Positions 52,015 to 62,337 of a DNA stretch of 64,000 bases are shown in pieces (the first letter of the stretch is position 1; each line of letters opens with the position of its first letter). Origin of the DNA: a virus (lineage: Duplodnaviria; Caudoviricetes); IMG/VR virus record IMGVR_UViG_2595698668_000001, positions 32,001 through 96,000 of that record, one strand, 5' to 3'. The notes beneath the pieces were generated by a model. That model was given only the letters and a program-made list of their open reading frames with translations, did not search any database and had not been told where the DNA came from. Both the position numbers and the translations under genes were made by a program.

Positions 52015-52581
52015 TCATGCATATTGTTTTAGAGTCTCAACCATAGCATAACCGTGCCAAGAGATTTCTGCCACCTCTCTTTCGTATTTTTTCAGGTTTT
52101 CTTGATTGAACCAATATTCGTTACGTTCACAAACAGGAACACGAACACCCAGATTTTCAAGTCGTTTGAAGTAGGTTTCGCAGCAGAACGGAACAAATCC
52201 ACGTTTCAACCATACGATCCGACCATCAAGAATCGCGGACGTAACAACTTTTGTTATACCAAGTGCCTCGCATATGTCAACAGTACAACGAAACATATGT
52301 TTAACAAGCCCTTTCCCTTGAAATTCTTCACCAAGGGAAAATGTGTCGTGCTCATAATGACCTGTACGCAGGTTAACGACACGGATCATACTGAGTTTCT
52401 TTCCGCAGGACAAAGAGAATTCGTATTGGTTCCCTTCATATTGAGTAACAAGAAGTTCCATATTTGAATCGTCGATTATTTTAGATGCAACAACCGCAAA
52501 TTTTGTGAAATGCTTAACAACAATGTCAACACCTTTGCAATGTTCAAAGCTTGTGTAATCACATTCATATGAAACTTTCAT
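52015..52581 (-). CDS. GNAT-family acetyltransferase-like protein
   Basis: EFQGKGL acetyl-CoA-binding motif A; W.KRGF. Confidence 0.7.
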   Translation of the reverse strand: MKVSYECDYTSFEHCKGVDIVVKHFTKFAVVASKIIDDSNMELLVTQYEGNQYEFSLSCGKKLSMIRVVNLRTGHYEHDTFSLGEEFQGKGLVKHMFRCTVDICEALGITKVVTSAILDGRIVWLKRGFVPFCCETYFKRLENLGVRVPVCERNEYWFNQENLKKYEREVAEISWHGYAMVETLKQYA

Positions 52582-52611
52582 TGTACTACCTCAGAACAGT
52601 TGATAACCATG

Positions 52612-52639
52612 ATTATAATCTAACGGCTATGGGAGTCAA
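52612..52639 (-). promoter_or_regulatory. Early sigma70-like promoter
   Basis: TTGACT-N16-TATAAT upstream of the GNAT gene. Confidence 0.65.
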
Positions 52640-53634
52640 CTATAATCGAACAAAAATTCTTTTACTTCGTCTGGCTTGAAAATCAAACCATCTTCTGTTT
52701 CGAAATACCAGTTGTTACCGTGTCCTTGTTCCCAGTTTAAGATAACAAGAAAGACATCGTTATAATGTGGTGGTTCTCCAAGGTCTTTTGTGCGAATCAC
52801 CAGTTGTGCATCATATTCCATATAGATGGCATCACACATATACTCATGAAAGGGTTTCCAACCCAAAGAGTCGTAATATTCGACCATACCCATAATTGTT
52901 ATTCCTCTTCTGATGTGCAGTATTCGCATACATCATCGATACCACCATCAAGGGCACCACCACATTCAGGACAAAAACATACTGGTTGATAAATGATATC
53001 GATGATTTCCATAATTATTACCTCAGTGATTTTATTAATTCAATAATCTCACGTTCTCCATCAGCTTGCTTGATAAGGTTCTCAGCCTGCCAACGGTAAC
53101 TCGCTTCTGTATCAACACACCTAGAGTACACCTTAGAGATCCATTGGTCAATACCTTTTTTATAGGTTTTCTCATAATCATTACACTGACCTAGTTCTAT
53201 CTTCTCCCCGTTAATAACCGCAACTAGATAATAACGACTACTCCGGATTACAGAAAATGGGCCTTTGGTTTCAATCAGCTTGTCATTTTTGTATTCTTGA
53301 AAAATTTTCATTCGAATTCTATTGCCTCAAAATTCTAAAAATCGCTCAACCAATTTACCATTTTCATCACGAATACCACCTAACCCTTTATTGATCAGAT
53401 GGATATCACCAGTATACTTAACAACTCTGTCATAGTCTCGGTTATGACGGTTGTTCAACCACATTTCATAGTACCCCTGTTCATGCTTATGAACATAGTA
53501 GAACCAACATTTCTTACCTAGTTTAAACACGCGACCTAACAACAGAGTAGAACCGTTATCCATACCATGGATAACATAGTCTCCTATTTTTAGTTCATTA
53601 CCAAACATATCCAACATTTTTAAATCTCCAAAAG

Positions 53635-53659
53635 AAAAGGGAACCCCGAAGGATTCCCT
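53635..53659 (-). terminator. Intrinsic terminator
   Basis: GGGAA.CC-TTCG-GG.TTCCC then T-run (UUCG loop). Confidence 0.8.
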
Positions 53660-53670
53660 ATAGTTTACTA

Positions 53671-54624
53671 TTATTCACGGGCATTAGTCAACAGAAGTTT
53701 TGACTTAATCTTAGTGATTTGGTTCTTTCGTCCCCGCCAGTGTTTACCACAGTGGGTACATTTATACTGCTTGAACTTACTGACTTCGGTATACGCAAAT
53801 CCAGCATCTTCAAATTCATGATTACCACATACACAAGTGAATTTATCGGAGTCGGTATAAAGAGAGAAGTTCGGAAGGCGATCTGACCATGGAGCCAATT
53901 TAACATACAGTTCTTGGAGAGATACGATATCATCAATATTATATTCTTCCATTTCTTTCCAAGCTTCTACATTACCAGCCAAACATTCTTTCCACAATTC
54001 GAAACCGGGGAATTGAGTATGTTTAGATTTCTTGGTTTCTGTACATAGCTTATCGGTCATATATTCCAGCTTATTGGAAGTAAAACCAAACGTGCGTTTT
54101 GCGATCTCAAGAGTATCAATATGCTTCACGGTAGAGAACGGTTTCATACCATGAACAATCATACGACTGCGAATCTTTGGAATATCAAACCGACGACCAT
54201 TCTGATGAAGAACGATATCTGCTTCATCAAGAAGCTCCCATAGAACTTTCAACATTTCTGAATCGTCTTCGATATTTGGAGCATTTCGCTGATCCATATA
54301 AATGATTTCGTCACTGTCAAACCATTTAGCAGCAAAACTAAGCATATACCAATCGGACTCGATCATATTCAGACCAACGTTGGTCTTAAACAAGCGCCAT
54401 ACATGAGCCATAATCGGGGCAGTTTCAATATCTAGAACTAGAACACGGGGACCGGTTTTGATGTCATCCACGATATTATTCTCTTCCATGAAACGCTCGT
54501 AATAATAGTTTACGGAAGATTTTGAAATACCAAGTTCTTTCGCAATTGCTCGCGAACCCATACCCTTGTTCTCTTTCATCTCGACAATCTGCGAGATGAC
54601 AGTTTCGTAATTACTGATAGCCAT
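53671..54624 (-). CDS. HTH + DnaQ/RNase H-like 3'-5' exonuclease + Zn ribbon
   Basis: IAKELGISKSSV (HTH); LDIET, NG.RFD, HIDTL, SNKLE and YNIDD (DEDDy); C-terminal CVCG..CTHCG. Confidence 0.85.
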   Translation of the reverse strand: MAISNYETVISQIVEMKENKGMGSRAIAKELGISKSSVNYYYERFMEENNIVDDIKTGPRVLVLDIETAPIMAHVWRLFKTNVGLNMIESDWYMLSFAAKWFDSDEIIYMDQRNAPNIEDDSEMLKVLWELLDEADIVLHQNGRRFDIPKIRSRMIVHGMKPFSTVKHIDTLEIAKRTFGFTSNKLEYMTDKLCTETKKSKHTQFPGFELWKECLAGNVEAWKEMEEYNIDDIVSLQELYVKLAPWSDRLPNFSLYTDSDKFTCVCGNHEFEDAGFAYTEVSKFKQYKCTHCGKHWRGRKNQITKIKSKLLLTNARE

Positions 54625-54707
54625 TATTTAAAGTACCTTATGTGTTTTGTTATAAACATTATATATCACAATGTACTCATGTTTTGATTTTGATTTTCTC
54701 ATAGGTT

Positions 54708-54727
54708 AAAAGGGGATTACTCCCCTT
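54708..54727 (-). terminator. Intrinsic terminator after rIIB
   Basis: AAGGGGA/TCCCCTT stem, GTAA loop, T-run. Confidence 0.75.
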
Positions 54728-54729
54728 AT

Positions 54730-55923
54730 TTAGAACTCGTGAGTTACGTCTGAGATTACTTCATAAGTCCAAGTACGAAGTTTCGCATTGTTGTAATCAG
54801 TTGGAATAGCAACAACGTGAGCTGGGTTGATCTTAACCATCACAACCCGATCATTCTCACAAGATGAATAGTATGGGATGTAGTGACGAGCAGCAGCATG
54901 AAGACCCGCAGCACAAGTATTGTTTCGGTCGTCATCTACCTCAAATGGCTCGACTCGTGGCTTAGAACCAATACTATTATCAAACGTGCGAGTGCGGATA
55001 TCCATATAATCACCCGTGACGCGCTTGTACGCTAGGAAATGACCATCGTTGGTAATTTTGATGTCACTATGAGTAAGGAAGTCAAAAAGCTCGTATACAG
55101 CCGCACGGCGAGGATTCTGCAACAGATTTTTCAGGAAGATAACCATATACTCAAACTCTTCACCAGACGCCCACATATCAATGATTCGTCGGGTCATCGA
55201 TGTATCAAGAACAATATCACGATAATAGAGTGTGTCGCATTCAATCCGAATATCACCAGAAGAATAGGTTTTTATCGCTTCTTTGATAGAAATCAGGTTT
55301 ACCGCACCGACCACATCATTGTCACGGATCAGGAGTTGAAGCGCATCTTCAAATCGTGGGTGGGCTCGGTCTGCAACGTATGGGGTTCCATCAATGAAGC
55401 AGTTAATAAAGTCATAACTTGCATTCCAAGATACCACTGGGGTATGAACCGGTTCTATGATGTCCTTCAAATGGATTGTTTTATCCGACTTCTTCTGAAT
55501 CCCCTTATAGCGACGAACTACATCACCTACTGTTGAACGAGGGATACCAGTTTGACGGGAAATTTCGTTTTGACTGATTCCTCGATTATGAAGTCGAATA
55601 ATTTTATCATCACGACTTTCTTCAACTTTATTTTCAGAAGAATCATGTACATCAAATTGCAAATCGATTTTATTAGTCCCAACTATCAATTTAATCAATT
55701 CTTTTATTGTAAGAGCTTCCCATCCTTCAAGTACATCGATATCGCCAAGATCTATATCAAGTTCTTCCTCGATATACATAACAAGTTCTACAACATCGAG
55801 ATCGTCTAGGTTATAATATGCAAAAGTTCTATTATTATCAAGTTCTTTTACTTTATGACCACTCACATCGTAAATACCGCTACGAATCAATGCTTCAAGT
55901 TTTTCAATATGGATAGTTTCCAT
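54730..55923 (-). CDS. rIIB: RIIB protein with N-terminal ACP-like domain
   Basis: C-terminal L..NP...AV.ELFDFL, DG.FLAYK.V..DY, DNSIG, TC..GLH, V.I.P..VV.IP.DYN.AK.R...YEV; internal HTH; downstream of rIIA. Confidence 0.93.
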   Translation of the reverse strand: METIHIEKLEALIRSGIYDVSGHKVKELDNNRTFAYYNLDDLDVVELVMYIEEELDIDLGDIDVLEGWEALTIKELIKLIVGTNKIDLQFDVHDSSENKVEESRDDKIIRLHNRGISQNEISRQTGIPRSTVGDVVRRYKGIQKKSDKTIHLKDIIEPVHTPVVSWNASYDFINCFIDGTPYVADRAHPRFEDALQLLIRDNDVVGAVNLISIKEAIKTYSSGDIRIECDTLYYRDIVLDTSMTRRIIDMWASGEEFEYMVIFLKNLLQNPRRAAVYELFDFLTHSDIKITNDGHFLAYKRVTGDYMDIRTRTFDNSIGSKPRVEPFEVDDDRNNTCAAGLHAAARHYIPYYSSCENDRVVMVKINPAHVVAIPTDYNNAKLRTWTYEVISDVTHEF

Positions 55924-55947
55924 TTTATTTCCTCATTTAAAAGGGGC

Positions 55948-58182
55948 TTACACCCCTTTGTAGTTTTCCATAATACGTTTAGTTGCAAGTTCGAACTCTT
56001 CGTTTTTTACACAACTATAATTTTTCTTCAACCTAAGAATCGCACATTCCATGGGGAATTGCTTTTTCATTTCGTCATAAAAATTATGATATACATCATA
56101 CATACTCTGACGATAGTTTTCAATGATATCGGTGTAAACTTGATATTCTGGTTCGCTCAAATACTCTTTGGCGTGAACATAAATATTACCAAGATCATGA
56201 TCCCAATCACCGGATTCCGAGACACCAAAATGGTCCTTCATTTCCCGAGTAATTTCCATATCAACCCTTGGCTTATCAGACCTATTGATATTCCAGCCAA
56301 TTTTCTCATCCTTTAAATTGTTATTGAGATATTCAACAAGTTTATCTTTGATCATTTCCTTTGTAACGAGAGCCAAATTCTCATTCATACCAGCCCGTCG
56401 TTCAAGGGTTTTCGGAAGTGCATACAACGTTGTATCAAACACCTCAGACAACCAACTTTGAAGACCATCAGTTACTTCATGACCATCAACAACAATATAT
56501 TCACCAGAACGAAGACCATACAACCCACTAAGCTCGTGTACATCCTTGGCAAGGAAATTGTCAGTACTGCGATACCCTTTATTATAATAATGTGAGTTGT
56601 CGGGTTTGTCTCGTGGAGTTTTAGCCCGATTCCGCTGTGCTTCTAAGCGACGTTGGCGTTTCTCTTCTGCTTCTTTCTCTTCGATCTCTTGAACGTGCTT
56701 ACCATACAATTTCTCAACATGGAAAACATCGATATCATCTTTATGGTAACGTTTTGCAATTTGAATAAACAGATTGCGAGTCACATTCTTGAACGGTTTA
56801 CGAGAATACGGGTAATCACTCATAACGACAACACGTTCATTAGGAATGATACCATACTTCATAAGAAGCTTGATTCTCACCTTCCACTTACCATCCATAT
56901 TAGACAGAAGGATTGGGAATGGATACCGTTTATTTTTTACTGATGGCATGAAGTAATCATTGAACTCGATTTTACGAGACGACCCGTAATATCTTGCGCG
57001 TTCCAGATTCCAAACATTTCGTACAGCATTACTAAATGTATCGATATAAACGAAATTTTTATTTTTGTAATTATAATCTACACAGAAATCTTTAAACAAG
57101 GACCACTCTTTAGAAGATGTAATACTTTCGTAGAAGAAGCGCCAATCTTGAAGAGACTTACCGTTATGGTCAATAATCTTTGATACTTTGTTAAAGATAT
57201 GCTCACCAAAATCCATGGACAAAATAGCATGAATTTTACTTCGAGCATCCTTTCCATGTTCAGAAACCTTCTTATTGACTTCATCAATAACTTGGTCCGA
57301 CTGGGATTTAAAATAAGAATCCAGTGTATTCAGTGTGTGTTTATCAAGACTCAATTCTTCCCGGTTCGGGAGAGGATTGAGAGACCCAACAGGAAAATCG
57401 ATAAAGCTATATGAATTATTAAAGAATACCGAACAAACCTCATTTTCATAAAGCTTAGATGGGATCTTGTAAGAAACACCACCCATAACAGCATACACGC
57501 CATTATCCATGATGGAACCATAGTAACCAGATGACTTGTAGTTAGTCAACTCGAAATTCTGGTTGACGATGTTCGGATAAAACCCATCTTTATCAAATGT
57601 GTGGTACACCGCCCTAGTTTCATTCCGAACTTCTGTAATATCGTCTTGATCGATAGGGATCACGATTTCGATGCCTGTATGCTCGTCTGACGGTTCTTCG
57701 AAGATAGGTACACACTTTGGTATACCGTTGTTCATGAAGATGCTATAGACGGTTTTGAGGCCCTTACACCACGATGTAACAGTGAACGTAGTCGTATAAC
57801 AGAATGGACTTTTAGAACCAAGACCAAACGCACCGATAAAATCGTCAGAATCTTCCTTGGTTGATGCGAAATATGTGGTGAACAAGTTGAAAATACCATC
57901 CTTGTCCATACCAATACCATAATCGCGCAGTCGCCATTGCAAATTAATATCAGACGGAAGCTCTACATCAAAATATTTCGGTGGGACTCCGCCAATCTTT
58001 TCCAGTGCAATGTGACCATCGATTGCGTTACAGCTCAATTCACGAATGAAAGCACGGATCTTAAATTTATAAAGACCGGAACTAAGAATGGTATAAGCTT
58101 TTTCATCAAACTTCATACCGAAATCGCGGGACTCTTCCATAACAGTCCCGAACACAGGTTGCTTATTTGTAACAATTTTCAT
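55948..58182 (-). CDS. rIIA: RIIA protein (GHKL ATPase N-terminus)
   Basis: ILSSGLY..KIRA.IREL.CNAID, RDYGIG and YFASTK..S...IG.FGLGSKSPF.Y motifs. Confidence 0.95.
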   Translation of the reverse strand: MKIVTNKQPVFGTVMEESRDFGMKFDEKAYTILSSGLYKFKIRAFIRELSCNAIDGHIALEKIGGVPPKYFDVELPSDINLQWRLRDYGIGMDKDGIFNLFTTYFASTKEDSDDFIGAFGLGSKSPFCYTTTFTVTSWCKGLKTVYSIFMNNGIPKCVPIFEEPSDEHTGIEIVIPIDQDDITEVRNETRAVYHTFDKDGFYPNIVNQNFELTNYKSSGYYGSIMDNGVYAVMGGVSYKIPSKLYENEVCSVFFNNSYSFIDFPVGSLNPLPNREELSLDKHTLNTLDSYFKSQSDQVIDEVNKKVSEHGKDARSKIHAILSMDFGEHIFNKVSKIIDHNGKSLQDWRFFYESITSSKEWSLFKDFCVDYNYKNKNFVYIDTFSNAVRNVWNLERARYYGSSRKIEFNDYFMPSVKNKRYPFPILLSNMDGKWKVRIKLLMKYGIIPNERVVVMSDYPYSRKPFKNVTRNLFIQIAKRYHKDDIDVFHVEKLYGKHVQEIEEKEAEEKRQRRLEAQRNRAKTPRDKPDNSHYYNKGYRSTDNFLAKDVHELSGLYGLRSGEYIVVDGHEVTDGLQSWLSEVFDTTLYALPKTLERRAGMNENLALVTKEMIKDKLVEYLNNNLKDEKIGWNINRSDKPRVDMEITREMKDHFGVSESGDWDHDLGNIYVHAKEYLSEPEYQVYTDIIENYRQSMYDVYHNFYDEMKKQFPMECAILRLKKNYSCVKNEEFELATKRIMENYKGV

Positions 58183-58204
58183 AATGTATTTCTCATTTAA
58201 CCTT

Positions 58205-58492
58205 TTAAACTACTTCGAGATAATGATGTACGTCTTCCGGGTAGAAGTGGAACAGAAGCGGTTTATCGATATGGATGATTTCCGCGATTCCAAAATCTCC
58301 GTCATCGTCTTCAATCATGATACAATACTGATGATCTTCCGTTTCGTCAACATAAAATTCTTCAATACCTTCCATATCCAAGAATTTACAGATGGATTCG
58401 TTATAGTTGAATTCCATTTCATCCTCAAAATCCCACGAAGAATTCAGAAATTCCTGTTTATGGTTCTCACTTTTAAACCGGTATTTGTTCAT
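58205..58492 (-). CDS. Hypothetical protein, small acidic paralogous family
   Basis: KYRFKSE..KQEF ... HHYLEVV. Confidence 0.75.
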   Translation of the reverse strand: MNKYRFKSENHKQEFLNSSWDFEDEMEFNYNESICKFLDMEGIEEFYVDETEDHQYCIMIEDDDGDFGIAEIIHIDKPLLFHFYPEDVHHYLEVV

Positions 58493-58764
58493 TATTCCAC
58501 CTCTACAAGATAGTTTTCGATGTCGGCTTGGCTGAAATGGTAGATCAAGTCTTTCAGTTCATCCGGGGTTTCTTCTAAATCGATTACGTATTTTTCATCA
58601 GGTACAAATGGTACAAGATCAAATTCGTAACGACCAGTCTTTTTAAGAAAATCAACGATCACCTTGTTTGAGTTAATACCACCCTCTTCAAATTCGGTAA
58701 AAACCTCACCAACAGAAATGAACTCTTCTTTCTCATAATCACTTCGGAATTTGTACATACTCAT
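58492..58764 (-). CDS. Hypothetical protein, small acidic paralogous family
   Basis: MYKFRSD..KEEF ... ENYLVEVE. Confidence 0.75.
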   Translation of the reverse strand: MSMYKFRSDYEKEEFISVGEVFTEFEEGGINSNKVIVDFLKKTGRYEFDLVPFVPDEKYVIDLEETPDELKDLIYHFSQADIENYLVEVE

Positions 58765-59128
58765 TTTTTAACCTCATAATCAAGATACAGATCTAACCAG
58801 TCAAGCGCAAGCTTGTCAATGTCAACATTATAACCCATAACCAGTTTCCAATCAACAGTTTTCTTTGTGATTGTAGTACCTGTTTTGATTGCATTGAGAA
58901 GTTTCATGTTCTCTTTTAGAACCTCTTCGATAGGTTCTATACCATCTTCTTTACACCATTCAAGCCAGTATTCTACACTTTCTTCAAACCACCCTACAAG
59001 CTTTTCACGGATAAACCACACAGGGGATTTGTCTCCGATTGAGATTGTAGGTCTTACTGAGTGAGCGATATCATTTAGGTTAGCCATAATTGTTCCTCTA
59101 TTTTCCACTATTATACACAATAAAAAAG

Positions 59129-59156
59129 AAAAGGGAACCCCATCGGTCCCCTTTTT
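59129..59156 (-). terminator. Terminator after the topoisomerase gene
   Basis: GC stem flanked by A and T runs directly after the stop codon. Confidence 0.65.
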
Positions 59157-59157
59157 A

Positions 59158-61161
59158 TTAATCATCCATCCACACCTTACGAAGATCAGATTCGGTCCCA
59201 AAGAACATTTCTAGCGCATCGGCTGCTTGTTCATCAACCCGAACAACCTCCATATAAGGGTCTCGAATACATTTCTTGTAGTCGGCTCGGTCTAACTGAC
59301 CCAGACCCTTAACGTGTTCATGTTTCCACCCAGACCCCTTAAACGTCTTGGAGTGGAATTCTGTAGTGTCGTAACTCCACACAGTTTCCTTACCATTTCG
59401 GCTAATAAACTCAGGGGTACGACATACCAGCAATCGCCCTTGGTCAATAAAGTGTTTCCAATACTTATGGAACAAAGAGATTATCAGGTTACTGATGTGT
59501 CCGCGACCATCTGGATCCGCATCCACCAAGATAGCAACATAATCATAATTTGCCTTGGTGTTACGTCGAACTCCTTTTTGACCACGATATTTTAACATAT
59601 CAGGTTGTAGAGTTTGTTCCCAATCCTTACCGGTTACAATACCACGAGTTTCAACCCATTTACCATTAACCAACATTTCATCATTTTCTGCAACAATGAA
59701 ACCATCTTTATTTATAAAGAAATCTCCTGATGGTAGCTCTTTTGTATCATCTAGAGTCATACCAAGAATTGAAATAATATTGGCAATCTCTTTGTTGGCA
59801 ATTACCTTTACCTTTTCGCATTTATGAACAGATAGAAGTTTACCCTTCAACGGGAATCCACCCTGAGTGTCGTGATCGCGAGTTATACCCAGCGGGCCAC
59901 TTGCAGAATCACCTTCTGTCAAGAACAGAGTTGTTTCAAACCCTTTTTTTCCATATTTGTTAGCCTGAATATGTTTTGGTACGTTCGCCGTTAGAGCCTT
60001 CTTTTGTGCCTTGGTCGCTAGTGCCTTTTCCACCGCATCCCGTTTTGCAATTGCACTCTCTACAATTGGCATGATAACAGAATCGTTGGAGATCATCTTT
60101 TTGGCAATAGACTTGATATCGATCCCACAATGGTCCTTAATCTGACCGTTGGAATTACTCAGCCGCTCTTTAGTTTGACCGTCAAATTTAGCACCTTCAA
60201 AACCACGAAGAGAAAGGAACAATAAAGTGTTTTCCTTAATACGAGCTTTGTTAATCTCGACCTTAAACTTACGTTTGATCATCGGTGTCAATTCATCACA
60301 CAGGCTGTTGATCAGATATTCAACATGGTTACCACCCTGTTTAGTGTGAACCCCGTTAACATAACTCAGTTGACGGAATTCGTCTGATGTACCGATAAAG
60401 AACGAACAATTCTCATTTTCAAAGACAACAGGATCCCCAAAGTCACTAGCAAATTTCTTGAACTTGGAATCTACTTTTTTCTTATTGAATGTGAATTTTA
60501 CTTGTGGGAACAAAACAGAAAGGATTTCTACCCGAGAACGGATAACATCAACTACATCAGGGGGCATACCACCAAAGATGTTAAATTTATCAAGCAGGTC
60601 TGGGATAAATTCAACAGTTGTGCCCTGAGTACCACCTTTTTTCTTGGTGTATGATTGGTGTTCTGCATTTTGTGTACAATAGATGGTGACCGTATTTTTC
60701 CCATCACAAGTTGTCGCCCGGAACATTGTAGAGTATAGATTAGTCAATACTGAACCAACGCCATTTTTCCCGATACCCTTACGATCAGCAGAGAAGTTAC
60801 CACCAGAACGGGCTCGGGTGTAACAAGCTTGTGGATATGGGATGGTTTCGCCTTCCGGGGTCTTTACGTCATATTGTGGGATACCACGACCATTATCAGA
60901 AATGGATACCTGATTTGTCTGATCATCAACAATAATATCAATTTTATTAGCAAATTTAAAATCAGTACGAATAGCTTCATCAACTGAGTTATCGATTATC
61001 TCATCAATAATTTTAACCAAACCCGGAATGTATTGCTTTTCTACAAATTTCCCATCAACCAACACTAAATGGGTCTCTTCCGAAAGTGATCCAACATACA
61101 TATCACTATTGAGGAAAATATGTTCATAATCACTTAGGATTTTACCTTCTTGTTCTTTCAT
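59158..61161 (-). CDS. 39: DNA topoisomerase II large subunit (gp39+gp60 fused)
   Basis: EIIDNSVDE, DNGRGIP, GKNGVGS (GHKL); TEGDSA, PLKGK, DADPDG and KGLG (TOPRIM) in one ORF. Confidence 0.97.
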   Translation of the reverse strand: MKEQEGKILSDYEHIFLNSDMYVGSLSEETHLVLVDGKFVEKQYIPGLVKIIDEIIDNSVDEAIRTDFKFANKIDIIVDDQTNQVSISDNGRGIPQYDVKTPEGETIPYPQACYTRARSGGNFSADRKGIGKNGVGSVLTNLYSTMFRATTCDGKNTVTIYCTQNAEHQSYTKKKGGTQGTTVEFIPDLLDKFNIFGGMPPDVVDVIRSRVEILSVLFPQVKFTFNKKKVDSKFKKFASDFGDPVVFENENCSFFIGTSDEFRQLSYVNGVHTKQGGNHVEYLINSLCDELTPMIKRKFKVEINKARIKENTLLFLSLRGFEGAKFDGQTKERLSNSNGQIKDHCGIDIKSIAKKMISNDSVIMPIVESAIAKRDAVEKALATKAQKKALTANVPKHIQANKYGKKGFETTLFLTEGDSASGPLGITRDHDTQGGFPLKGKLLSVHKCEKVKVIANKEIANIISILGMTLDDTKELPSGDFFINKDGFIVAENDEMLVNGKWVETRGIVTGKDWEQTLQPDMLKYRGQKGVRRNTKANYDYVAILVDADPDGRGHISNLIISLFHKYWKHFIDQGRLLVCRTPEFISRNGKETVWSYDTTEFHSKTFKGSGWKHEHVKGLGQLDRADYKKCIRDPYMEVVRVDEQAADALEMFFGTESDLRKVWMDD

Positions 61162-61176
61162 TTATACCTCAATGAT

Positions 61177-61196
61177 AAAAGGGGACGAATCCCCTT
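61177..61196 (-). terminator. Intrinsic terminator
   Basis: AAGGGGA-TTCG-TCCCCTTTT on the minus strand. Confidence 0.75.
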
Positions 61197-61683
61197 ACAA
61201 ACCTTTTTCTATAGAATACAACGTATCTTTACTGGTTGTGAATTTTATTTTTGTAGCCATGTAATGAATACGGTTTGAACCGATCTTAAGATAGTGTCTA
61301 TGTCGCTCCATTGATGGGTGAAAAAGGTCAGGAACCACAGAAACCATATCGTCCACGGAAGTTAGATCTATGAATCGCTCAAACGTAATATATTCTTCTT
61401 GAGAAGGGTTTAAGAAACCCCCCGGTTTAATTCTGGTTTGATAATCAACATTGACATCAACCCATGGGTGGTTAAATGGGTTTAGATCACTCGCGCCCAT
61501 CATCCACCTCGACAAATCGAACGGTTACGTTATCAGTACAATCCATCTGCGCAACCAGTTCACCATCCAGATAATACGCTTGGGTATACCCTTCCGGGTC
61601 GTAAGACGAGCGCATTACAACACCCTCTTGGTTAACGATTGATTCAAATTCTTCGATAGACAGATATTTAATAGTCATTTCAA

Positions 61684-62337
61684 TTACCTCATTGAGTTAG
61701 GGTCTACGTCAGTCGGGATATCTTCCAGACCATACGCATATCGTTTTGAATAGATTAACATAAGAATATCACGAGCGCAATCATGAAGTGAGTTATGTTT
61801 TACGAAACCCGGAAGACTCCCGTTAGGGAGGGGGCAATACGTCACATCACGATCCATATTTGCTTCGATTGCGGTTCGTACTTCACGGAAGTTGTTGAAC
61901 ATCACAGGCATAGCAGCAGAAATATCATCATCTGCTAGATCCATAGCATCACAATACCAACTACGGAACCAAATGATATCCATTTCCCCACGAGTCCATA
62001 TATGTGACTTCTTAAACTCAACCCCAGTTTCCACAAACCAATCTTTGATATCCATATACCCATCATATAGGGTCTTATCGTCGCGGGATGGCTTCAAGAG
62101 AGCTTTTGCTTCATCTCCCTGAGATTTCCACCACTCCACGGTGGAAGCACTCACACGACGTCCTAGGGCCTTTTGATGTTTCAGATCGAATTTGATTTTC
62201 TTTCCGGATTCAACCAGACTTTGAAATGTAGGTGGATTTTCAATATCCATTTTGAATGGTATCACAGAAAATTCAACTAAGGTAGCTTTTTCTACCGTAT
62301 TCAAAGTCTCAAAGTCAGTAATATAATCGGTAACCAT
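61684..62337 (-). CDS. dexA: Exonuclease A
   Basis: DFET, KIKFDL..Q, ST.EWWK.Q, W.RG..D, R.VRTAIE and GF..H.S.HDCA.DILML.Y motifs. Confidence 0.92.
   Translation of the reverse strand: MVTDYITDFETLNTVEKATLVEFSVIPFKMDIENPPTFQSLVESGKKIKFDLKHQKALGRRVSASTVEWWKSQGDEAKALLKPSRDDKTLYDGYMDIKDWFVETGVEFKKSHIWTRGEMDIIWFRSWYCDAMDLADDDISAAMPVMFNNFREVRTAIEANMDRDVTYCPLPNGSLPGFVKHNSLHDCARDILMLIYSKRYAYGLEDIPTDVDPNSMR

Noticed and set aside
59158-61161. Possible gene 60-type ribosomal bypass, intron or intein in the topoisomerase
   Set aside because: The ORF is continuous with all motifs in frame; the insertion before DADPDG lacks intein terminal residues, and fused 39+60 is usual in T4 relatives
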